NCBI GenBank assembly: GCA_964427405.1
Contig: CAYRUB010000007.1
Coordinates: 25,364 to 89,363 of the forward strand
Source of the DNA: an uncultured Planctomycetales bacterium
GTDB lineage: Bacteria > Omnitrophota > Gorgyraeia > Gygaellales > Profunditerraquicolaceae
DNA length: 64,000 nt
Direction: 5' to 3'
This document shows positions 28,099 through 35,434 of the stretch, piece after piece. Position 1 is the first letter of the stretch. Each line of letters starts with the position of its first letter. The translations under genes and the position numbers were made by a program. Below the pieces are notes generated by a model that worked only from the letters and a program-made list of their open reading frames with translations, was not told the origin of the DNA and searched no databases.

Positions 28099-29437
28099 AA
28101 ACTAGACTGGCGAAGCGGTCGTTAAATTCATAGATGCGTTCGTCAAATATGACATCACTATGAACCACTGGACGTTTAAGTTTGATACCATTCAGGCAAG
28201 TGCATCGGCTAAGCGCCACATATAACTGGCCATGGGTAAATGCGCCATGCCCAAGGTCAATGATCACTTTATCAAAAGTCTGGCCCTGGCTCTTGTGAAT
28301 GGTTATCGCCCAGGCCAGCTTTAGGGGGTATTGCGCAAATTCCCCCACCACCTCATCTTCTATCTTATCCTCCTCCTCATTGTAGCTATATTCGATCTTC
28401 TCCCACTTCGTAATCGGGACATCATACTCAAAACCATTAATATCCACAACAATGGAATCTTGTGATAAAGCCGCCACCTTGGCCAGCGTGCCATTCACCC
28501 AGCGCTTATCCGGATCATTTTTTATCAAGATTACCTGCGCGCCCTTTTTAAGCTTTAATGATGCTTCGGTAGGATATGCCGGCTCTTCGAATTTACCGGT
28601 AGCATAAGCTTTATATGCAATCTCTTTACCGGGAAGTTTGGATAAACGCTCCTGGTTTATCGCGTTGGCCAGGCTATTGGTCGTAGTCAGGATCACGGTT
28701 GAGTCTTTCCGGGAGGCCGTCACATCTTTTTGCACCTTCTTGTTTAATATCTTAAGGTCCTCATCGGTATGCTCTTTATTCCTTACCCGGTTTAAAAGCT
28801 CCATAAACGAGCTATCTTTCTGCCGATAGATAGTCGACAACTCAATTGTCCTAAGATGGCAATCGTCAAATACTTTAGCGCTGAAGAAATACGGGCTTAA
28901 ATAACGCTCTCCCAAAAGCTGCCTGGCTTCATTTTCCACCACCGGAGACAGCTGAAAAAGATCACCGAAAAATACCATTTGGACTCCGCCAAACGGCGAC
29001 TTCATCCTGCCACGATTAAGACGTAACGCGTAATCAATACCATCCATAAGGTCTGAGCGAACCATAGAGACCTCATCGATAATTATCATATCGAGATTCT
29101 CAAATATACTTCTATCCCTGAGGTGCTTTATCGTATCCTTTTGGATGATCTTGGGAGGAAACCTGAAAAAAGAATGAACAGTCTGGCCGCCGACATTAAC
29201 CGCGGCAACACCTGTCGGAGCTAAAACGATTATATTCTTGCCGGTATTGGCCTTAAAATATTTTAAAAGAGTGGATTTGCCGGTGCCTGCCTTGCCGGTG
29301 ATAAAAAGGCACTCCTTGGTGCGCTCCATAAGATCAAACGCCGACTTGAATTCATCATTTATATCAAGGTTCCCCGGAAGTTGATCTTCGACTATTGTTT
29401 GGTTAGTGAAAAATTTCATATTTTCTTTCTTGATCAC
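28097..29437 (-). CDS. Pif1/RecD-like SF1 DNA helicase
   Basis: 446 aa. Walker A (TGKAGTGKST), DEVSMV, GDLFQLSPV, and a C-terminal TIHKSQGQTFD...ALSR. Confidence 0.8.
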   Translation of the reverse strand: MIKKENMKFFTNQTIVEDQLPGNLDINDEFKSAFDLMERTKECLFITGKAGTGKSTLLKYFKANTGKNIIVLAPTGVAAVNVGGQTVHSFFRFPPKIIQKDTIKHLRDRSIFENLDMIIIDEVSMVRSDLMDGIDYALRLNRGRMKSPFGGVQMVFFGDLFQLSPVVENEARQLLGERYLSPYFFSAKVFDDCHLRTIELSTIYRQKDSSFMELLNRVRNKEHTDEDLKILNKKVQKDVTASRKDSTVILTTTNSLANAINQERLSKLPGKEIAYKAYATGKFEEPAYPTEASLKLKKGAQVILIKNDPDKRWVNGTLAKVAALSQDSIVVDINGFEYDVPITKWEKIEYSYNEEEDKIEDEVVGEFAQYPLKLAWAITIHKSQGQTFDKVIIDLGHGAFTHGQLYVALSRCTCLNGIKLKRPVVHSDVIFDERIYEFNDRFASLV

Positions 29438-30261
29438 TTCCAGGTAATTTTGGCAGGGTTACGCATAGGTATCCGGCTATAACGGTATTTCGGATGGCCA
29501 ACCATCATTACCGCCCCGGCTATCGCGTGTGAAGATAAACCTGTAAACTTTCTTATTTTTTCCGACATATTGATTGCCATATTCACATAACCTGCCCAGC
29601 AAGCGCCCAGACCGCAGCCAAATGCCGCCAGTTCCAAATACGTTGCCGCTATCGTACATGACTGAGGAACCATCGGGTCATCCTTAATACCCTGGGCAAT
29701 AACTATGCAAGGCGCGTTGCGGCAAATCAAATCTTCTTCATTCTTCCAGGCGCTAAGTAAACGGTCAAAACGAAAAGATATCGCCATCTGATTCTTGGCT
29801 TCCAAAAGCTCTTCAATCCATTCAACGATTAAACCACCTAATTCATGCACTTTATCTTTACCCATAATCGTAATCCAACTCACCGGCTGGCGATTGATCC
29901 CGGAGGGAGCATAACGGGCAATATCCAAGAGTTTCTCAATGGATTCTTTAGCTACAGGCTCATCTTTATAGTTACGAATCGAGCGCCGGCTTTTAAGGAA
30001 AAGCTCTGTTTGTTCGGCGTTCGGAAGACTGGCGTAATCCAAGCGCATGGCATCTTTAACATCCATTGTCGAGAGTTTGATCGAACCCTTCGGGCAAAAA
30101 GCAAAACAATGCCCGCAGTTAATACAAGCCTCCCCGCCTCCCGGTATAAATTCCGGCACCCGCTCTGCATTCATCTTTAATATATGCATCGGGCAAACCT
30201 CAACGCATTTTCCATCTCCGGCGCAGGTTTTCTTATCGACTTCAATAGTGATCATTAACAA
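29434..30261 (-). CDS. 4Fe-4S ferredoxin domain fused to a nitroreductase-family flavoenzyme
   Basis: The N-terminus has two Cys clusters (CAGDGKCVEVCP, CINCGHCFAFCP). It is followed by a nitroreductase fold (RRSIRNY...). The start overlaps the helicase gene by 4 nt. Confidence 0.75.
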   Translation of the reverse strand: MLMITIEVDKKTCAGDGKCVEVCPMHILKMNAERVPEFIPGGGEACINCGHCFAFCPKGSIKLSTMDVKDAMRLDYASLPNAEQTELFLKSRRSIRNYKDEPVAKESIEKLLDIARYAPSGINRQPVSWITIMGKDKVHELGGLIVEWIEELLEAKNQMAISFRFDRLLSAWKNEEDLICRNAPCIVIAQGIKDDPMVPQSCTIAATYLELAAFGCGLGACWAGYVNMAINMSEKIRKFTGLSSHAIAGAVMMVGHPKYRYSRIPMRNPAKITWK

Positions 30262-30274
30262 CCCTCATAATAGA

Positions 30275-31255
30275 CTACGCCTTAACTATCACTCCAAATA
30301 AAGTATAAATTTTACACCTTAATTCGTCATCACATGCATTGTACTCATCTATCAACTTAATAATCCTATCAACTTGAACTTTCGATTGTTTTGGCAATAA
30401 AGAAATCTCAACCAATTCATTTTTATTAAGATACTGATGCAGATACTTATAAGGGTCTATTTTTTGAGGAATTGCTTGAGAAAGAATAAGATTCCAGCAA
30501 CATTGAGCATCAATACCATTTAAAAACCGTTCAAACTCTCTGTATTCCTTAAGAGAAACTTCACCTACTAGTTCAATTTTCTGCTGAAACCACTTTTGAA
30601 AGCGCGCCACCTGTTCCCTATAAGACGTAAAGACTTTCTCAATATCAATAGATCCAGAATCGGAGATGAACTTTCTGCTGAGAGCGTTCCAGTTTTTCCA
30701 AGCCAGCAAGTCTCTGGAATATACGATGAAGTGAATAGTCTTCCCACCTCCCGATGGATATGAAACCTGCCAATTGGCTCTTACCATTTCATTATGACAA
30801 ATATAATTCCTCAATTCTTGAACGAAATGATGCTCTGGATTATCAAGAAACACTTCCTTGATTTTTTCTTGGTAGCCATCTATTGGGATTTTCTTAATAG
30901 CATTTCTCGACATATCTACTAACGCCATTGCACTAGTGGTGGCTGAAAACATACCTCTCCTAATCGCTAATTCAAGTTGAGCAATCCGTATACGATTAAC
31001 AGGAAACCAAAACTCTTCAGTATTTTCTTCAGACTTAAAGGTATCAATTGAATCAAATAGATTTACTACAGCATCAGAAAATATATCGAAAGAAAGACTT
31101 AAATTTGCCAATTCTGCGTGGTACATATACCCGGGATGTTCTTTTATTGCCTCTCTAGTCAGAATAAAATCTTGGAAGTAAGCTTTCTCCAAAGATTCCC
31201 TTGTCCAAGGAAGCTGACCCAATGTAACTGCAGAAATTCTATTTGAATTATCCAT
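30275..31255 (-). CDS. Hypothetical protein with a candidate HEPN-type Rx4H motif (ELRNYICHNE)
   Basis: 326 aa with no family match recognised by eye. RNYICH fits the RNxxxH HEPN signature. Last gene of the repeat-punctuated array. Confidence 0.4.
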   Translation of the reverse strand: MDNSNRISAVTLGQLPWTRESLEKAYFQDFILTREAIKEHPGYMYHAELANLSLSFDIFSDAVVNLFDSIDTFKSEENTEEFWFPVNRIRIAQLELAIRRGMFSATTSAMALVDMSRNAIKKIPIDGYQEKIKEVFLDNPEHHFVQELRNYICHNEMVRANWQVSYPSGGGKTIHFIVYSRDLLAWKNWNALSRKFISDSGSIDIEKVFTSYREQVARFQKWFQQKIELVGEVSLKEYREFERFLNGIDAQCCWNLILSQAIPQKIDPYKYLHQYLNKNELVEISLLPKQSKVQVDRIIKLIDEYNACDDELRCKIYTLFGVIVKA

Positions 31256-31343
31256 ACTTCTTAAACAATCTTTTGTATGCCGCCGCTTAAACCTGTTTCA
31301 TTTTTTCTCATCACAAATGACATTCCGATAAAACTTAGGGAAG

Positions 31344-31401
31344 CTTCTATAGTTTTTGCTTCCTCGGCCGTACCCACTTTGACCCCGGAAACGACACTTA
31401 G
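31344..31401. repeat. Cassette-associated ~58-bp conserved intergenic element, copy 1
   Basis: cttctatagtttttgcttcctcggccgtacccactttgaccccggaaacgacacttag. Over 80% identical to copies at 32239-32296 and 33045-33102. Confidence 0.8.
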
Positions 31402-31403
31402 TT

Positions 31404-32180
31404 TTATTTATTAACTTTAAAATCTCTAAATCTGCTATTTTCCTCATAAAAACGCAGATTTTGAATATCTTCATTAACAACAGCTAATATCTTTGTTTTT
31501 GTTTCACTGTTAAATTCATCAAAATTATTAACCAGATTTATAAATTCATCTGCGTTATTAGTTAATTTTCTATTCTGCAACCACCCCTCAAACTTATTTT
31601 TCTGACTATAGTAATTTCTATGTCTTTTGATATAAAGATCATATGCTTCTCGATTTTTATCATTTACAACTTTAAAATTGTTATTTTCTAAGTTTAGGTC
31701 TTTCTCGATAGGATCAAAAAACTGCGCCATACTCCCATACAACTTGTTTTTTAAATCAAAAATATTATAGAAATGATAATCTCGAGATATTGACGTAATC
31801 TCAGCATTACTAAAATTTAACCTCTTGGAAATTGTTATGATTTTTTCATAATAACGTGCGGCTTCTTCTTTAGGCATGCTCGAATCCCATCTTCCCATAC
31901 GCATCATAGTAGAAATATTCATTTCGGTAACTGGAACAGCCAAATCGTGTAAATATTTTAGGAGCTCATCTGCTCTGTGAATCTTTTCTTGAAGCTCAAC
32001 TTCGAGCCCAAGCCCCTTAAAAGATTTAACTGTGTCGGGACAAAGAAAAATTAAGCATAGAAAAGCAGCACAGAATGGCGTCAAAGAAGCACTAGCTTTA
32101 TTTTCGTATGACAACCAACCTCCTAAAACAATAAGCAGAATAAAAAAAGCTAAAAGTATTAAATTTATTATATTACTCAT
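31404..32180 (-). CDS. Hypothetical membrane protein (two N-terminal TM helices plus a soluble domain)
   Basis: 258 aa. TM1 IINLILLAFFILLIVLGGWL and TM2 FCAAFLCLIFLCP. No recognisable domain. Confidence 0.5.
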   Translation of the reverse strand: MSNIINLILLAFFILLIVLGGWLSYENKASASLTPFCAAFLCLIFLCPDTVKSFKGLGLEVELQEKIHRADELLKYLHDLAVPVTEMNISTMMRMGRWDSSMPKEEAARYYEKIITISKRLNFSNAEITSISRDYHFYNIFDLKNKLYGSMAQFFDPIEKDLNLENNNFKVVNDKNREAYDLYIKRHRNYYSQKNKFEGWLQNRKLTNNADEFINLVNNFDEFNSETKTKILAVVNEDIQNLRFYEENSRFRDFKVNK

Positions 32181-32238
32181 ACCCTACCTCCATTTTCTCT
32201 AATAAATAGAGCCTAATTCAATACAATATTTATGGCTA

Positions 32239-32296
32239 ATAATCATTCGCTTCTATAGTTTTTACTTCCTCGGCCGCACCCACTTTAACCCCGGAA
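32239..32296. repeat. Cassette-associated conserved intergenic element, copy 2
   Basis: cttctatagtttttacttcctcggccgcacccactttaaccccggaaacatcccctaa. Confidence 0.8.
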
Positions 32297-32346
32297 ACAT
32301 CCCCTAATTTATTCTCCTTGAAATTCCGCTATCAAATCTTCCCATT

Positions 32347-32919
32347 TTAATGCCCACTTTTACAAAACTGTGTGTTAATCAAAGTTTTCAACTCATGAAA
32401 ATCTTTTTCTAAATTTGGTAATTTCGCTATTAATTCAGGTAATTTTTTAAAAAAAGACCCAGGGTTGTCAACTATTACCAGATTCCCCTCGTTTAGTAAC
32501 ATAATATATGTAAAAAGATGTAACCTTTCCCTGATAGTTACTTGATCCCTATCCATAGAAGCAAGCAGCATACAACCATTTCTCCTTGCTTCAAATATAA
32601 TCGGCTCTTGTTTTGCAAAATTATGGCCTTCACTTAAAATTAAAGTATTTCTTCCCAATTCTTTATTCTTTAATTCGTTTACATCATTTATTCGTAATTT
32701 AACAATCCCTTTAGCGAATTTAACATCTTCTCCTTTTTTATCAATAGAATCTATCACGGCGCCTTTACCTGCGCCTCTTGCCCCTATCAGCAAAATCATA
32801 TCGCCATAGTTTAAATTAAAAGTGACATTAAACAAACCATACTCTCTATTAATACCGGATTTTTCTCTCCTATTACTTCTAGTCAAATCTTTAACTTGTA
32901 ACGGAATAATGTTACTCAT
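32347..32919 (-). CDS. Miniature ABC/SMC-like P-loop ATPase with degenerate motifs
   Basis: 190 aa. A beta-hairpin plus Walker A (FNVTFNLNYGDMILLIGARGAGKGAVIDSI) of the ABC/RecF/SMC type. LSEGH in place of the LSGGQ signature. LVIVDNPG in place of the DEP Walker B. A C-terminal SGH. Confidence 0.45.
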   Translation of the reverse strand: MSNIIPLQVKDLTRSNRREKSGINREYGLFNVTFNLNYGDMILLIGARGAGKGAVIDSIDKKGEDVKFAKGIVKLRINDVNELKNKELGRNTLILSEGHNFAKQEPIIFEARRNGCMLLASMDRDQVTIRERLHLFTYIMLLNEGNLVIVDNPGSFFKKLPELIAKLPNLEKDFHELKTLINTQFCKSGH

Positions 32920-33044
32920 ATTTTTTATTCTCCTTAAGAATTACTCTCGATTATTTTGAAATCCAGAAACACACTGTTTATTTACCCCCAGCCTTCACCC
33001 CAAAGTAATAAAGGAGACATCTCTATTTTTCTTATTTTGGCTAC

Positions 33045-33102
33045 CTTCTATAAATTTTACTTCCTCGGCCGCGCCCACTTAAACTCCGAAAGCGACGCTT
33101 AG
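33045..33102. repeat. Cassette-associated conserved intergenic element, copy 3
   Basis: cttctataaattttacttcctcggccgcgcccacttaaactccgaaagcgacgcttag. Confidence 0.8.
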
Positions 33103-33117
33103 TTTAAAGAAACTTCC

Positions 33118-33702
33118 CTATTGCTTTATATCTTTTTCTATGTTGTATGTCTCAAAAAATACTTTTATAAAGAACAGTTCCAACAAATGCCTAAAAGCAA
33201 TATTTACTTGCACCATCGCAAAAGTAAAAAAATATGAAGAAAACATAGTAATGAAAATTTTGATAATTATTTTAAACCATGTTGCCATTTTGGATATAAA
33301 TTGAGGATGATAGAAATATGTATCCCTAATGATTGTTTTGGCTGCATATAATATTGCAAAAGAAATGATAATAAATACCGCAGAGAGGAACAGCTTTTCT
33401 CCAACAAAACAGTAAATCCTGCTCCTACTTGCATCTTTAGTAGCCCTAGATGCGCTAAATGACAGTGCCCCCAAAGCAATAATAGAACCAATAACTGTAA
33501 TAATAATCTTAAGGTCTTCTACACTTTGTTCTGTGCGTAGATTCATGACCTTACTAAAATAAAATTGCCCCAACCATAGAACAAAATAAATCGGGATTAA
33601 TAGTACCACTTCTTTTCCGATCCATTTTATTTTAGTTATAGCGGATTGCCTTAATAAAGTTTTCATATCAAATGCTCGTATTTTTTTGTCGATATATTCC
33701 AA
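33118..33702 (-). CDS. Hypothetical polytopic membrane protein (~4 TM helices)
   Basis: 194 aa with four hydrophobic segments. No recognisable domain. Confidence 0.5.
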   Translation of the reverse strand: MEYIDKKIRAFDMKTLLRQSAITKIKWIGKEVVLLIPIYFVLWLGQFYFSKVMNLRTEQSVEDLKIIITVIGSIIALGALSFSASRATKDASRSRIYCFVGEKLFLSAVFIIISFAILYAAKTIIRDTYFYHPQFISKMATWFKIIIKIFITMFSSYFFTFAMVQVNIAFRHLLELFFIKVFFETYNIEKDIKQ

Positions 33703-33736
33703 AATACTGAACTATACAAAAATTAACCCAACCAAC

Positions 33737-33777
33737 AAAAAAAAGACAACCCCCTATTTTAGAGGATTGCCTTATAG
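33737..33777. repeat. Copy 2 of the A-run/palindrome element
   Basis: aaaaaaaagacaaccccctattttagaggattgccttatag. Matches 19401-19442. Confidence 0.6.
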
Positions 33778-33827
33778 TCGTTTATTCTTGAACCCCATAA
33801 AGGGCTCCTTGTGTAGTTTATACTATT

Positions 33828-34442
33828 TTAGATTCCTAATATCTTTTTGATAAATACCGGCCGCGCATAAAACGCACGAGTCTTTGAACCATGCCCTGAC
33901 CCTTTTGTGCGTGCCTGTATCCACTTGCCATCTTTACCGGTCAAACTCCCAAACCCTTGAGTAATAAGCTTATTGCGAATGAAATCATAATCAGCTTTAA
34001 CTTCTAGGATAAGTTCATCTGTTTTGGCAAAATCCAGGCTCGTAACTTCCAATAATTCGGCTTTTTCCGCATTCTTTCCATACCACATTACAGCGCAGAA
34101 AATAATTGCTTTGAGTTTCGACCAACAATGACTCTCAAAGAATGAGTTCGCCTTTAGTTCTTCGGGATTAATCATGGTGATAGCCATCGTCTCTTTAGGC
34201 ACAAGCTTATCTTTTACATAATGAAAGCTGACGGATTTTAATTCATAAGTAAGGCCATTAGGAGCTTTAGAAACATTTGTTTCCAATCCAGCCAAGCGCT
34301 CTAAAATTAGGCCTTTCCAACCCTTGTTTTGTCTCCCGGTTTCAAAGGTAGTAACGCCATATTTTAAAGCTAACTTTCTTAAATCTTGCCCGATATACTT
34401 TTTTAAATTACTTATTGCTGTTGCGCGTGTGATAATCTTCAT
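33828..34442 (-). CDS. MutH/Sau3AI-family type II restriction endonuclease
   Basis: 204 aa. NKGWKGLILERLAGLETNVSKAPNGLTYELKSVS aligns with E. coli MutH [36 protein letters not shown]. Confidence 0.6.
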   Translation of the reverse strand: MKIITRATAISNLKKYIGQDLRKLALKYGVTTFETGRQNKGWKGLILERLAGLETNVSKAPNGLTYELKSVSFHYVKDKLVPKETMAITMINPEELKANSFFESHCWSKLKAIIFCAVMWYGKNAEKAELLEVTSLDFAKTDELILEVKADYDFIRNKLITQGFGSLTGKDGKWIQARTKGSGHGSKTRAFYARPVFIKKILGI

Positions 34443-34458
34443 AGTATTGAGCAGGTTT

Positions 34459-35337
34459 TCATGTTTTCCCTAAATCATTAAGCCTCTTTATAGAAGTTTT
34501 CAGGTATGATTGTTCTAACTCTATCCCTATAAACTGTCTCTTTCCTCCTACTGCCGCGACGCCGGTAGTAGAGCTACCCGTAAAGGGATCCAATACTATA
34601 TCTCCCGGCTTTGTGGAGGCTAATACAATCCTATTTAACAATTCCAGGGGTTTTTGAGTTGGGTGTTTACCATATATTTTCTCTGCCGAGCCCGGGGCCT
34701 TAATAGACCAAAGACTTAGCATTTGCTTATCGTTATTCATTTTCTTCATCAAGGGATAATTAAAAAAATGCTTACTGTCTTTACTCTTAGCTGCCCAAAG
34801 AATAGTTTCTGTGGAATGAGTAAAATACCTACAGCTTAAATTCGGCGGAGGATTTACTTTAAACCAAGCAATATCATTTAATATCTTGTAGCCCAATCCT
34901 TGCATAGCTGAGCCAACTGTATAAATTATATGTGATGTTCCAGAAACCCAAATTGTGCCATTAGGGGTTAAAACCCTCTGACATTCTCTAAGCCATCTTT
35001 GAGTAAAGATAAAATCCTCTTCAATACCTTTTGAAACATCCCATTTACCTTTATTTACAGAGACTTTCTTTCCAGCATGACAAGTAAACCCACCGTTTGA
35101 CAAAAAATATGGTGGGTCAGCAAAAATCATATCTACTGAGTTTTCAGGTAGCTTAGAAAGAATATCGAAACAATCGTTATTAAAAAGAACAACACTGTGT
35201 TTCTTATCCACAAAATATGGCTTTTCGGGAATATCTTTAATCAAATTAAAGATATCTTTCTTATTAATTGATTTTTCTATAGTTGTGGTAGGCATAACTA
35301 TCGCAGGCAGATTAATAATGTTTTCATTTTGTTCCAT
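34459..35337 (-). CDS. DNA amino-methyltransferase (N6-adenine or N4-cytosine; DPPY then FxGxG order)
   Basis: 292 aa. FADPPYF (motif IV) precedes VLDPFTGSSTTGVAA (motif I). Confidence 0.8.
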   Translation of the reverse strand: MEQNENIINLPAIVMPTTTIEKSINKKDIFNLIKDIPEKPYFVDKKHSVVLFNNDCFDILSKLPENSVDMIFADPPYFLSNGGFTCHAGKKVSVNKGKWDVSKGIEEDFIFTQRWLRECQRVLTPNGTIWVSGTSHIIYTVGSAMQGLGYKILNDIAWFKVNPPPNLSCRYFTHSTETILWAAKSKDSKHFFNYPLMKKMNNDKQMLSLWSIKAPGSAEKIYGKHPTQKPLELLNRIVLASTKPGDIVLDPFTGSSTTGVAAVGGKRQFIGIELEQSYLKTSIKRLNDLGKT

Positions 35338-35434
35338 TCTAGCACCTCCCTATTTAATCGTCAATATTATCCTCTCTTATTTAATTGACGTAGGAAGTGA
35401 CGGAATCTAACAACAAAAAAAACATTGAATGAGC

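Larger units (their letters stand above)
26700..35430. other. AT-rich accessory genomic island (REPtron, helicase, cassette-like array, R-M system)
   Basis: The gene content is accessory or defence-type and the region is visibly more AT-rich, especially 31300-35300. Flanking genes are chromosomal envelope genes. No tRNA or integrase is visible at the edges. Confidence 0.5.

Noticed and set aside
31298-31480. 60-aa ORF overlapping copy 1 of the cassette-associated repeat
   Set aside because: It covers the conserved non-coding repeat and the neighbouring gene end. No equivalent ORF exists over the other two repeat copies, so it is not coding.
31344-33102. Integron attC interpretation of the three 58-bp elements
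   Set aside because: I could not find the RYYYAAC / GTTRRRY core sites or the L'/L'' inverted-repeat architecture on either strand. The copies show no conserved hairpin. No intI-like gene lies in the window. The idea remains only an analogy.
26700-35430. CRISPR array or cas genes in the island
   Set aside because: There are no short regularly spaced direct repeats. The repeated units are 24-bp REPs and 58-bp elements separated by whole genes. No Cas-like proteins were recognised.
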